This document shows positions 50,479 to 60,394 of a DNA stretch of 64,000 nt, piece by piece. The notes under the pieces were generated by a model. It ran no database searches. It was not told where the DNA came from and saw nothing but the letters and a program-made list of their open reading frames with translations. This DNA is from Candidatus Levyibacteriota bacterium. GTDB taxonomy: Bacteria > Patescibacteriota > Microgenomatia > Levybacterales > UBA12049. The position numbers were made by a program, and so were the translations under genes. Position 1 is the stretch's first letter. Each line of letters opens with the position of its first letter. The stretch covers positions 12,274 to 76,273 of the forward strand of contig PJMG01000021.1 in NCBI GenBank assembly GCA_003173895.1, written 5' to 3'.

Positions 50479-51939
50479 TTGATGAAAAAAATAAATATTT
50501 TTCAAACTGCACTTTTGATTATTATTTTAATCTTATCTTTTGTAGTTCGTTTATACCGACTAAATAATCCTATAGCTGATTGGCATTCCTGGCGTCAAGC
50601 TGATACATCAGCTGTCTCTAGAAATTTTATAAAATATGGTTTTGATTTACGTCATCCCAGAATGAATAATATTTCGAATGTCCAGTCAGGACTAGATAAT
50701 CCCCAGGGATATTTTTTCGCAGAGTTTCCTATTTATAATGCTACTCAAGCGGGTTTATTTTTATTATTTGGTCATTTAACTATAGAAGAGTGGGGAAGAA
50801 TTGTTACCAATCTTTCATCAATACTAGCAATCTTATTTATATATTTAATAGCTAAAAAGCATTCTAATTTTACTGTGGCTATCTCTGCTGCAGCTGCTTA
50901 CGGATTTATTCCTTATAACATTTATTATGGAAGAGTTATTTTACCCGATCCTTCTATGACGATGGCAATACTTGGAGCTATATATTTCTTTGATTTGTAT
51001 TTAGATAGTCTAAAATTAAAAAATAAATTTAGGTCTGCAAGTTTGTTTATTATTATGTTAATATTTACCACCTTAGCATTTTTAATAAAACCTGTTGCAT
51101 TATTTTTTACACTTCCTTTTATTTATTTAGCTTGGAAGAAGTTTGGGTGGAAATTAATTTTAAGATGGGATCTATATTTGTTTTTAATTTTATCTGTGAT
51201 TCCCCTTATTTGGTGGAGATGGTGGGAGAGTCATTATCCAGAAGGGATTCCCGCGTTTTGGTGGCTTTTAAATGAAGGTAATATTCGCTTTACTGGTGCA
51301 TATTTCTGGTGGCTTTTCGCCCAAAGAATTAGTGCATTAATTCTAGGATTTTGGGGAATAGTTATGGTTGTAACAGGATTTTTATATACGAAAAGAAAAA
51401 ATTTTGGATTTTTCTTATCATTTGTAGTTTCTTCTTTATTGTATTTAATAGTAATAGCCCGGGGGAATGTTCAACATGATTATTATCAAATTCCCATTGT
51501 TCCAACTTTAGCTTTATTTTTCGGATTAGGTGTTGATACTGTTATTAATATAACTCGTGAATATTCATATAAAATTATTGGGTATTTAATAGTTGGAGTG
51601 TGTTCGATTTTTATGTTAGCTTTTGGCTGGTATCAAGTCAGAGATTATTTTAATATTAATAATCCGGCCATTGTGGCAGCAGGTCAAGCAGTTGATCGTT
51701 TGACTTCATCTAATGCATTAGTAATCGCTCCTTATAATGGGGATTCTTCGTTTCTTTATCAAACTAATAGACAGGGATGGGCTAGTTTTGAAACTTCTCT
51801 GGAGGGTTTGATAGCTAAAGGTGCTACAGATTATATAGTAGTTAATCCTAGTGCTTCTGATTTAGCACTTTCTAAAAAATATAAAGTTTTAGCTCAAACT
51901 AATGATTATATTTTATTTGATTTAAAAAATAAGCCTTAA
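50479..51939 (+). CDS. ArnT/PMT-like GT-C glycosyltransferase
   Basis: WHSWRQADT; EFPIY; GR; LPDP; IKP; HDYYQ. Confidence 0.82.
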   Translation: MMKKINIFQTALLIIILILSFVVRLYRLNNPIADWHSWRQADTSAVSRNFIKYGFDLRHPRMNNISNVQSGLDNPQGYFFAEFPIYNATQAGLFLLFGHLTIEEWGRIVTNLSSILAILFIYLIAKKHSNFTVAISAAAAYGFIPYNIYYGRVILPDPSMTMAILGAIYFFDLYLDSLKLKNKFRSASLFIIMLIFTTLAFLIKPVALFFTLPFIYLAWKKFGWKLILRWDLYLFLILSVIPLIWWRWWESHYPEGIPAFWWLLNEGNIRFTGAYFWWLFAQRISALILGFWGIVMVVTGFLYTKRKNFGFFLSFVVSSLLYLIVIARGNVQHDYYQIPIVPTLALFFGLGVDTVINITREYSYKIIGYLIVGVCSIFMLAFGWYQVRDYFNINNPAIVAAGQAVDRLTSSNALVIAPYNGDSSFLYQTNRQGWASFETSLEGLIAKGATDYIVVNPSASDLALSKKYKVLAQTNDYILFDLKNKP

Positions 51940-51944
51940 AAGGG

Positions 51945-51986
51945 ATGGGTTCTGCCGTAGGTTTCCTTCCCACCTACGTCACCCAT
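51945..51986. repeat. GC-rich intergenic hairpin
   Basis: ATGGGT..CGTAGG / CCTACG..ACCCAT arms. Confidence 0.55.
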
Positions 51987-51997
51987 AAAATTTTAAT

Positions 51998-53185
51998 ATG
52001 AAGATTTTAATGGTTTCATCATATTTACCATATCCACTCTATTCAGGAGGAGCGGTAAGATTGTTTAATTTAATAAAATATTTATCTAAAAAACATGAAA
52101 TTACTTTAGTTTGTGAAAGAAGAGATAAACAAACAGAAGAAGATATTAAAGAAGTTAAAAAATATTGTAAAGAAGTAATCGCTGTTTCTCGTCTACCACA
52201 ATGGAGTTTTTCCAATATTTTAAAAACTGGTTTTTCTACATTGCCATTTTTACTTATTGGGCATATTAATCCTGAGATGAAGGAAAATTTAATCAGACTC
52301 TTAAGAGAAAAAACTTTTAATTTAATTCATATTGAGACTTTTTATGTTTACCAAAATTTACCCAGAACATATTTGCCTGTAGTTTTAGTAGAGCATAATG
52401 TAGAGTATTTAGTTTATGCACGATATAAAAATACTGCATCTACATATTTAAAACCATTTTTAAATTTAGATATTTTAAAAATAAAAAAATGGGAGGAATT
52501 TTATTGGAAAAAGGCTAATAGTTTAGTTGCAGTTTCAGAAGAAGATAAAAAATTAATGAAAAAAGAGGCCTATGTAGTTCCTAATGGAGTTTCTTTATCT
52601 GATTTTCCTTTTAAGAAAAATACGACTGATAAAAAAAATAAAACTATTTTATTTATGGGAGATTTCAAATGGATACAAAACCAAAAAGCTGTGAAGTTTA
52701 TTCTAGAAGAAATTTGGCCTCATTTAGAGTCTAGAATTAAGAATAAAGAATTAAAAATTAAACTTTGGGTTGTTGGTAAAAATATAACTGAAGATATTAA
52801 AAATCTGAGTAATTCTAAAAATATAGTTTTTGATGAAAATGCACCTGATAAAACTTCTGAAATTTATAAAAAGGCAGATATTTTATTAGCACCTATAACT
52901 GTAGGTGGAGGAACTAGTTTTAAAATTCTAGAAAGTATGGCTAGCGGAGTACCAGTTGTTACTACCAACTTGGGTGTAAAAGGTATTGGAGCTAAAAATA
53001 ATATTCACGCACTAACATCTGAAAATGCTAGTGATTTAGCGGAAAATGTTTTTAAACTCTTAGAAGATAAAGTAGAGTATGAAAAAATTAGAAAAAACGC
53101 TAGAAAGTTAATAGAAGAAAATTTTTCTTGGGAAAAGATCTCTGAAAAATTAGAAAAAGTTTATAAAGAAACTTTAATAAGTTGA
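51998..53185 (+). CDS. GT4 glycosyltransferase
   Basis: PYPLYSGG; EHNVE; VPNGV; GGGTSFKILESMASG. Confidence 0.9.
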   Translation: MKILMVSSYLPYPLYSGGAVRLFNLIKYLSKKHEITLVCERRDKQTEEDIKEVKKYCKEVIAVSRLPQWSFSNILKTGFSTLPFLLIGHINPEMKENLIRLLREKTFNLIHIETFYVYQNLPRTYLPVVLVEHNVEYLVYARYKNTASTYLKPFLNLDILKIKKWEEFYWKKANSLVAVSEEDKKLMKKEAYVVPNGVSLSDFPFKKNTTDKKNKTILFMGDFKWIQNQKAVKFILEEIWPHLESRIKNKELKIKLWVVGKNITEDIKNLSNSKNIVFDENAPDKTSEIYKKADILLAPITVGGGTSFKILESMASGVPVVTTNLGVKGIGAKNNIHALTSENASDLAENVFKLLEDKVEYEKIRKNARKLIEENFSWEKISEKLEKVYKETLIS

Positions 53186-53216
53186 CTAGATCTATAGTTA
53201 GATTTATTATTGATTT

Positions 53217-53744
53217 ATGAAGAATAAATCCTTACTTGTTAGACTATTTTTACCTCTTTTTGTGATGATATTTTGTTTTTTTGGCGCTATGCACCTGTTA
53301 ATTCAACAGAATTATCGCCAAAATGCTAATGACCCGCAGATTCAAATAGCCTATGATCTTCAAAATTCATTAGATAATGGATTTGATCCTAAAAATTTAA
53401 ATTATCCTAGGATAGATCTTTCTAAAAGTTTATCTACATTTATTATTATTTATGATAATAACTTAAAAGTCATTTACTCGTCTGCTATTTTGAATGGTAA
53501 TACACCAAATTTGCCTACAAGTGTTTTATATAGTGTAGATCAAAATAATGAAGATAGAATTACCTGGCAACCGGAATCAGGAGTCAGAATAGCCACAGAA
53601 ATAATTAAATATAAAAATGGTTATATTTTAGTCGGAAGATCATTAAAATTAATTGAGGAAAGAGAAAATCAGTTAACTTTAGATATTTTAGTTGGGTTTA
53701 TTGGTACTGCTATTTTAACTGGAGCATCACTTCTTTTAGTTTAA
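53217..53744 (+). CDS. Two-TM membrane protein with an extracytoplasmic PDC/Cache-like domain
   Basis: TM, then QQNYRQNANDPQ...FIIIYD...TWQP..GVR...GYILVGRSL, then TM. Confidence 0.6.
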   Translation: MKNKSLLVRLFLPLFVMIFCFFGAMHLLIQQNYRQNANDPQIQIAYDLQNSLDNGFDPKNLNYPRIDLSKSLSTFIIIYDNNLKVIYSSAILNGNTPNLPTSVLYSVDQNNEDRITWQPESGVRIATEIIKYKNGYILVGRSLKLIEERENQLTLDILVGFIGTAILTGASLLLV

Positions 53745-53795
53745 ATTTTTTAAAAAGGTTGTTTTAACTTCATTTCTAATTTATACTCAAAACAT

Positions 53796-54902
53796 ATGAA
53801 AACTATTGGCATTGACTGCCGCTTATGGAATGAAACAGGAGTAGGTCGCTATATACGAAACTTAATTTTAGAATTAGAAAAAATTGATAACAAAAATGAT
53901 TACAAATTATTTATTTTAAAAAAAGACTCTGAAGAAATAAAAAATTTAGTCCACAGTCCACATTTCACAGTAGTTATAGCCGATTTTAGATGGCACAGTT
54001 TAGCTGAGCAATTTATGTTTCCTATAATTTTATATAAAGAAAATTTAGATTTAATGCATTTTACTTATTTCTCTGTTCCACTTCTTTATTTTAAAAAATT
54101 TACAGTTACCATTCATGACATGATTACCTGGAAATATGCTACAGGTCGTGCATCTACATTACCCAGTTTTATTTATTGGCTAAAACAATTTACATATAGA
54201 ATTGTTATATTTATTTCTTCTAAACGGGCTCAATTCATAATAACTCCTTCCAATAGTGTGAAAGATGAAGTAAGTAAATTATTAAAAATAGGGAAAAATA
54301 AAATTAAAGTTATATATGAAGGTTTTGATACATTAATTAACTCGAAAGAAAAATTTAATAAAAGTGAAAAATATTTTTTATATGTTGGTAATGCATATCC
54401 ACATAAAAATTTAAATTTTTTAATCAATGCATTTGCTAGATTTAATATTGATAAAAACTTTAAATTATTATTAGTAGGAAATGATAATTATTTTTATTCA
54501 AAACTTAAAAAGTATGTTATAAATGAAAAAATTATTAATGTAGAATTTTTAGGATTTGTGGATGATAAAAAATTAGCTGAATTATATAAAAATTCATTAG
54601 CTTTAATTATTCCATCTCTTTCCGAAGGATTTGGTTTACCAGCTATTGAAGCTATGAGTTTAGGAACTCCTGTGATTTGTTCGAAAATAAAAGTTTTTGA
54701 AGATATTTGTAATGACGTTCCATTCTATTTTAATCCAAAAGACGAAATTAGTTTACTAAATGAACTTGAAAAATTTATTAAAACTCCAAAAAGTATTTTA
54801 GAAGAAAAAATAAAAAAAGGATTAACATTGACAAAAAAATTGTCATGGGAAAAAATGGCAAAGGAGACTTTAAAAATTTATGAAAATAGCATTAGTTTAT
54901 GA
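53796..54902 (+). CDS. GT4 glycosyltransferase
   Basis: GIDCR; TGVGRY; VGNAYPHKN; SEGFGLPAIEAM. Confidence 0.92.
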   Translation: MKTIGIDCRLWNETGVGRYIRNLILELEKIDNKNDYKLFILKKDSEEIKNLVHSPHFTVVIADFRWHSLAEQFMFPIILYKENLDLMHFTYFSVPLLYFKKFTVTIHDMITWKYATGRASTLPSFIYWLKQFTYRIVIFISSKRAQFIITPSNSVKDEVSKLLKIGKNKIKVIYEGFDTLINSKEKFNKSEKYFLYVGNAYPHKNLNFLINAFARFNIDKNFKLLLVGNDNYFYSKLKKYVINEKIINVEFLGFVDDKKLAELYKNSLALIIPSLSEGFGLPAIEAMSLGTPVICSKIKVFEDICNDVPFYFNPKDEISLLNELEKFIKTPKSILEEKIKKGLTLTKKLSWEKMAKETLKIYENSISL

Positions 54903-55956
54903 TCGAGTTAATAAATGGGGAGGAGCAGAAAGAGTTTTACTAGCTCTACATAAAATTTTCCCCCATGCTCCATTATTTACTGCAGTTTATGACAAGGAAA
55001 ATGCTCCGTGGGCAAATGTTTTTAATGTTAAAACATCTTTCTTGCAAGACATTGCATTTTTAAGATCTCATCATGAGTTCATACCTTTTTTAATGCCAAT
55101 CGCTTTTGAAAATTTTAATTTTGATAACTATGATTTAGTAATTTCTGTGACTAGCGAATTTGCTAAAGGCATAATTACTAAACCTACTACTAAACACATT
55201 TGCATTTGTCTTACACCAACTCGTTATTTATGGAGTGGATATAATGAGTACTTTAAAAATGAAAGTTTACGGTTTTTATCTAAACCTCTTATTAAATATT
55301 TAAAATATTACGATAAAGTTATAGCGCAAAGACCTGATGTAATGATTGCCATCTCAAGTGAAGTTAAAAATAGAATTAAAAAATATTATGATCGTGATAG
55401 TGAAGTAATTTATCCACCGATAACATTGAATCCAGAATCAAAATTTAAAAATCAAGAGAAACAGGGAAATTATTTCTTGGTTGTTTCCAGACTATCTCGT
55501 TTCACTAATTATAAAAGGATTGATTTAGCTATTCATGCTTGTAATAGATTGAAATTACCATTAAAAATAGTTGGTAGTGGAGATATTAGCTATTTTAAAA
55601 ATATTTCTGGAGATACAATCGAATTTTTAGGTAAAGTTTCTGATATTGAATTGAGTCAACTTTATAAAAATGCTAAAGCATTAATTTTCCCTGGAAATGA
55701 AGATTTTGGTTTAGTTATGGCTGAAGCCCAAAGTTTTGGCACACCAGTAATTGCTTTTAGAGCTGGTGGTGGTAAAGAAATCATAAAAGAGGGAATTACT
55801 GGAGAATTTTTTGATAAACAAAATAGTAGTTCACTAATGGATGTACTTCAAAAATTTGACAAAAAACGCTATACTAAAAAAAACTGTATTGAAAATGCTA
55901 AAAAATTTTCCTTTGAAAATTTTGAAAGAAGCATAAAAAATATAATTAACAACTAG
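54880..55956 (+). CDS. GT4 glycosyltransferase (WbaZ-like)
   Basis: GGAERV; TPTRYLW; YKRIDL; EDFGLVMAEAQ. Confidence 0.92.
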   Translation: MKIALVYDRVNKWGGAERVLLALHKIFPHAPLFTAVYDKENAPWANVFNVKTSFLQDIAFLRSHHEFIPFLMPIAFENFNFDNYDLVISVTSEFAKGIITKPTTKHICICLTPTRYLWSGYNEYFKNESLRFLSKPLIKYLKYYDKVIAQRPDVMIAISSEVKNRIKKYYDRDSEVIYPPITLNPESKFKNQEKQGNYFLVVSRLSRFTNYKRIDLAIHACNRLKLPLKIVGSGDISYFKNISGDTIEFLGKVSDIELSQLYKNAKALIFPGNEDFGLVMAEAQSFGTPVIAFRAGGGKEIIKEGITGEFFDKQNSSSLMDVLQKFDKKRYTKKNCIENAKKFSFENFERSIKNIINN

Positions 55957-55961
55957 AGTTT

Positions 55962-56023
55962 GTCATTTCTAACTCTGTGAGAAATCCTAAAAGGATCCTC
56001 ACGGCCTTCGGCCTTAGGATGAC
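55962..56023. repeat. Branched palindromic REP-like element
   Basis: GTCATTTCTAA...TTAGGATGAC outer arms; GTGAG..ATCC/GGAT..CTCAC stem; GGCC-TTC-GGCC hairpin. Confidence 0.6.
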
Positions 56024-56037
56024 GATTGTATATAATT

Positions 56038-57123
56038 ATGAAAATTGTTTTATTTGCAGGTGGAGTAGGTAGTAGACTTTGGCCGCTATCACGTAAAAAT
56101 TCTCCAAAACAATTTGGAAAAATTATTGGAGATCAAACCATGCTCCAAATAACTGTATCTAAATTAATGCCAGATTTTGACTGGAATGATATTTATATTT
56201 CCACAGGTAAAGATTATGGTAAAAATGTTAAAGAACAACTTTCAGAATTGCCGGAAGAAAATATTTTAGTTGAGCCTGAAATGCGTGATGTGGGGCCAGC
56301 AGTAGGTTTAGTTACTTCAATTTTTATGCATAAAAATCCAGATGAGCCTATAGCTCTTTTATGGGGTAGTGACCATTTAGTCAGAGAAGAAGCCTTGTTT
56401 AGAAAAATTTTAAAGACTGCTGAGAAATTAATTGATGAAGATAAAAATAGAATTATATTTGTAGGTCAAAAACCCCGTTTTGCTAATCAAAATGTAGGTT
56501 ATATAGAATTTGGACGTGAGATTGAAAAAAAAGGCGGTACTCCAGTTTTTGAATTTAAAAGTTTTCAATATCGTCCTCATCTTTCAACTGCTGAAAAATG
56601 GGCTAAAGATGGTAAGCATTCATGGAATTTAGGATATTTCGTAACTACTCCTCGCTTTTTATGGAATTTATTTAAAAAATATTCTCCTGAAATTTTTCAA
56701 AAATTAAATAAAATTTATGATGCTTACGAAACTACTAATTATGAAAAAGTTTTAAAGGAAACTTATTCTACTATTGAAAAAATTACTTTTGATAATGCTG
56801 TTTTAGAAAAAATGGATCCAAAATATGCATGTGTAATATCAGCTAATTTAGGCTGGAGTGATATCGGCGCTTGGGAAGCGTTAAAAGAGGCATTATCTAC
56901 TAGTGAAGAAGAGAATGCGGTTCGTGGTAATGTATTAATTGAGGGGACTCAAGATACATTGGTTTTTAATTTTACTAAGCAACTTGTTGTAGGGATCGAT
57001 TTAAATGATTTAATCGTAGTTAACACAAATGATGTCGTTTTAATTTGTCCGAAAGATTCAGTGCCAAAAATTAAAAAATTAGTAGCGAATATGGAAACTT
57101 CAGCTTATAAAGATTTAGTGTAA
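56038..57123 (+). CDS. manC: Mannose-1-phosphate guanylyltransferase
   Basis: AGGVGSRLWPLSR..PKQF; EPEMRD; SDH; GWSDIGAW. Confidence 0.88.
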   Translation: MKIVLFAGGVGSRLWPLSRKNSPKQFGKIIGDQTMLQITVSKLMPDFDWNDIYISTGKDYGKNVKEQLSELPEENILVEPEMRDVGPAVGLVTSIFMHKNPDEPIALLWGSDHLVREEALFRKILKTAEKLIDEDKNRIIFVGQKPRFANQNVGYIEFGREIEKKGGTPVFEFKSFQYRPHLSTAEKWAKDGKHSWNLGYFVTTPRFLWNLFKKYSPEIFQKLNKIYDAYETTNYEKVLKETYSTIEKITFDNAVLEKMDPKYACVISANLGWSDIGAWEALKEALSTSEEENAVRGNVLIEGTQDTLVFNFTKQLVVGIDLNDLIVVNTNDVVLICPKDSVPKIKKLVANMETSAYKDLV

Positions 57124-57124
57124 T

Positions 57125-57793
57125 ATGCTTTACTCAACTTATGACTTAAGTTCTTTTTACACATTTGGTAAAAGAACTTTAGATTTACTTTCATGTTCTA
57201 TATTGCTTTTAATTTTTTCTCCAATAATTTTAATGGTAGCCATCGCTATAAAATTAGACTCGAAAGGTCCGGTTTTTGCAGATACTCCTAAACGAGTTGG
57301 TAAAAAGGGTAAACAATTTTATTTATATAAATTTAGAACTATGATTAATAATGCTTATTTTTTATTAAAAACTGATCCTAAATTTAGGAAAGAATATGAA
57401 GAACAACAAGAAGGTGGAAATTATAAAATAAAAAATGATCCCAGAATAACTAGAGTTGGTAAATTCTTAAGAAAACATTCTATAGATGAGGTTCCTCAGC
57501 TTATAAATGTTTTAAGAGGAGAAATGAGTTTAGTTGGTCCTAGACCTTATTATCCAGAAGAATTAGAAAGACAGCAAAAAAATTATCCTGAGACTAAAAA
57601 ATATGTGGAAGAAGTGTTATCAGTAAAACCTGGTGTCACAGGATTTTGGCAAGTTTCAGGAAGAAGTGAATTAAATTTTGATCAGCGTATAAAAATGGAT
57701 GCTTCATATGCTGAAAGAAAATCTCTAATTTATGATATTTATATAATTTTTAAAACGCCCAGTGCTATGATTTCTGGTAAAGGCGCACTTTAA
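57125..57793 (+). CDS. Priming polyprenyl-phosphate sugar-1-phosphate transferase (Bac_transf family)
   Basis: KRTLD; KFRTM; DPRITRVGKFLRKHSIDEVPQL.NV..GEMSLVGPRP; PGVTG.WQVSGR. Confidence 0.93.
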   Translation: MLYSTYDLSSFYTFGKRTLDLLSCSILLLIFSPIILMVAIAIKLDSKGPVFADTPKRVGKKGKQFYLYKFRTMINNAYFLLKTDPKFRKEYEEQQEGGNYKIKNDPRITRVGKFLRKHSIDEVPQLINVLRGEMSLVGPRPYYPEELERQQKNYPETKKYVEEVLSVKPGVTGFWQVSGRSELNFDQRIKMDASYAERKSLIYDIYIIFKTPSAMISGKGAL

Positions 57794-57806
57794 GCTTCCT
57801 TACTCA

Positions 57807-57835
57807 TTGACACAAATTATTTTTTCCATTAACAT
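57807..57835 (+). promoter_or_regulatory. sigma70-like promoter (leaderless type)
   Basis: TTGACA-17 nt-TAACAT; ATG 6 nt downstream. Confidence 0.55.
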
Positions 57836-57841
57836 TTATAT

Positions 57842-59803
57842 ATGGACGAAATTCGAAAAATTACTCCTAATAATACTCCTTCGGATTTCGGCCAGAGTAA
57901 TACCAATAATTTTAAATCAATGAGAGGTAGAAATAAAAAATTAAGTCCACAGAAGAAAAAAATAATTACTATTTCTGCTATCGTATTAGCAGTAATTTTA
58001 TTATTTGGTATCTTTGGTATTTTACTACCTGCTCTATCTTTAGCTAAACAAGCTAAATTAGTAATGGCAGATGCTAAAGCAGCATATGCAGATATAAAAC
58101 AGCAAAATATAGATAAAGCAGGAACAGATTTAGCTCAAACTCAAACAGATTTAACAGTTCTTAAAACTAAATTATCTCATTTGGGTTATTTGAAATTTAC
58201 TCCTATTGCTAGTTGGTACTATAATGACGCTGTTCATTTAGTAAATGCAGGTGGATATGGACTCCAAGCCGGTCAAGTTTTAGTAAACGCACTTAAACCT
58301 TATGCTGATGTCTTAGGGTTAAATGGGGCAGGTAGTTTCGTAGGAGGGAGTGCAGATCAAAGAATCCAAACAGCTGTCGCTACACTTAGCAAAGTGACTC
58401 CACAAGTAGATAATATATCAGGTTTTATTTCTCAAGCTAGAAATGAATTAGATCAAGTAAATCCTAATCACTATCCTCCAATTGGTAAATTAAAATCGGT
58501 AAGAGATCAACTAGCCAGTGCTAAAACTGTAGCCGATGAAGCAGCTACATTTTTAGATCATGCTAAGCCATTAGTAAAAGTGTTACCTGATTTACTTGGT
58601 GGAAATAGTCCACAAAAATATTTAGTGCTTTTCCAAAATAACTATGAACTTAGACCAACACTTGGGTTTATCAGTGCATACTCTATAATTCGTTTAGATC
58701 AGGGTAAAATTATACCTGAGTCATCTACAGATATTTATACCTTAGATGCTACTGTTCCCGATAAACCAGTAGCACCTAGACCTATTCTAGATTATTTACC
58801 CAATGTAAATGTCTTAAACATTCGTGATTCTAATCTATCTCCTGATTTTGAAAATAATATGAAGCAGTTTAATGCTATGTATCAAACTGCAGGAGATTAC
58901 GTTCCAGTAGCAGGTACTATAGCTTTAGATACTAAACCATTCTTAGATGCTATTAGTGTTTTAGGAGGTGAAATTACAGTAGATGGTACGACATTTAGTA
59001 CTAAAATTAATCCTACCTGTGGATGTGCTGATGCTATTTATCAACTAGAGTTAAATACAGATTTACCCGTTAATTACGTTAAAACTAATAGAAAAGGGAT
59101 AATTGGAGATTTAATGATAGCTATTCTCACTAAAGCTTTATCTTCTTCTCCTAAAGTTTACTGGGGTCCATTATTCCAAGCTTTTATCACAGATACCAGT
59201 CAGAAACATATTCTATTTGACCTAAATAATTCTGATGCTCAGAGTAGTTTAGAAGCTCTAAATGCTGCAGGACAGATTAAATCATTTACAGGTGATTACT
59301 TCCACTTTAATGAATCTAATTTTGGAGGAGAAAAATCTAATCTATTCGTAACTGAAAATGTTTCTCAAAATTATAGCATTGCTAATGATGGAACTATTAC
59401 TAAGACTGTAACTATAAATTATAAAAATCCGTATCCGCCATCTGATTGCAGCCTAAAAGATATTAGTCTCTGTCTTAATGCTACTCTTCGTGATTGGTTT
59501 AGATTCTATGTTCCACAAGGTAGTATCTTGAAATCTTATCAAGGCAGTGAAGTTAAAATGACTTCTTATAATGAGCTTGGAAAAACAGTTTTTGAAGGGT
59601 TCTTAACAGTTCGACCTTTAGGTATAGCTCAATTAACAGTTACTTATACTTTACCATTTAAGTTGGCTGTAGGATCCACTTTACCTGTTCTGATCCAAAA
59701 ACAGCCTGGAACTGATGCTATTCCATATATTATTAATATAAATAATAAACAAGTTAATAGTTTTCCACTTATTGAGGACAAAAACTTAACTCTTAAACCT
59801 TAA
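57842..59803 (+). CDS. DUF4012 domain membrane-anchored protein
   Basis: YLVLFQNNYELRPT.GFI; RDSNLSPDF; NFGGEKSN; QKQPG. Confidence 0.85.
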   Translation: MDEIRKITPNNTPSDFGQSNTNNFKSMRGRNKKLSPQKKKIITISAIVLAVILLFGIFGILLPALSLAKQAKLVMADAKAAYADIKQQNIDKAGTDLAQTQTDLTVLKTKLSHLGYLKFTPIASWYYNDAVHLVNAGGYGLQAGQVLVNALKPYADVLGLNGAGSFVGGSADQRIQTAVATLSKVTPQVDNISGFISQARNELDQVNPNHYPPIGKLKSVRDQLASAKTVADEAATFLDHAKPLVKVLPDLLGGNSPQKYLVLFQNNYELRPTLGFISAYSIIRLDQGKIIPESSTDIYTLDATVPDKPVAPRPILDYLPNVNVLNIRDSNLSPDFENNMKQFNAMYQTAGDYVPVAGTIALDTKPFLDAISVLGGEITVDGTTFSTKINPTCGCADAIYQLELNTDLPVNYVKTNRKGIIGDLMIAILTKALSSSPKVYWGPLFQAFITDTSQKHILFDLNNSDAQSSLEALNAAGQIKSFTGDYFHFNESNFGGEKSNLFVTENVSQNYSIANDGTITKTVTINYKNPYPPSDCSLKDISLCLNATLRDWFRFYVPQGSILKSYQGSEVKMTSYNELGKTVFEGFLTVRPLGIAQLTVTYTLPFKLAVGSTLPVLIQKQPGTDAIPYIININNKQVNSFPLIEDKNLTLKP

Positions 59804-59808
59804 TTTTC

Positions 59809-60363
59809 ATGCGAAATTCTAAAACTTTAGGCATAATAATTAAACGTAAAAATTTCTTCGAAGCGGATAAATTATTAACTGTTTTAAGTCCTACTGATGG
59901 AAAAATTCAACTTAAAGCTAAAAGCGTCAGAAAAATTACCAGTCGAAGACTGGCGCATTTAGAATTATTAAATTTAGTTACATTTTCTATTTATAAAAAA
60001 AATAATAATACACCATTAGCCATTGATGCATATTCTTATCAAACTTATCCTCATATAAAATCTGATCTTATAAAATCTAATCTTAGTTACCATATTTGTG
60101 AAATAGTAGATAATTTAGTTCCAGCTGGAACGGAATCTAAAAACACTTTTTATTTAGTAAAAAAAGTTTTTGATGATTTAGAAACGGCTAAAGATCATTT
60201 TTATGCTATAGTTCATGATTTTGAGTTAAATTTATTAATATCCTTGGGTTTTTCAGCGCCCGAACAAAATTTAAAAGGTTCTAAAGCATCTCTTTTTATA
60301 GAAAATATTTTAGAAAGAAAACTAAAAGCACGGGAGATAATTAAGAAAATAAATTTTGATTGA
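59809..60363 (+). CDS. recO: DNA repair protein RecO (short form)
   Basis: GIIIKR..F.EADKLLT; GKI...AK.VRK..SR; FEL.LL..LGF. Confidence 0.85.
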   Translation: MRNSKTLGIIIKRKNFFEADKLLTVLSPTDGKIQLKAKSVRKITSRRLAHLELLNLVTFSIYKKNNNTPLAIDAYSYQTYPHIKSDLIKSNLSYHICEIVDNLVPAGTESKNTFYLVKKVFDDLETAKDHFYAIVHDFELNLLISLGFSAPEQNLKGSKASLFIENILERKLKAREIIKKINFD

Positions 60364-60389
60364 CAGATAAGGTTTTTATGCAATATACT
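60360..60389 (+). promoter_or_regulatory. sigma70-like promoter of the glyQS leader
   Basis: TTGACA-18 nt-TATACT. Confidence 0.75.
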
Positions 60390-60394
60390 TATCA

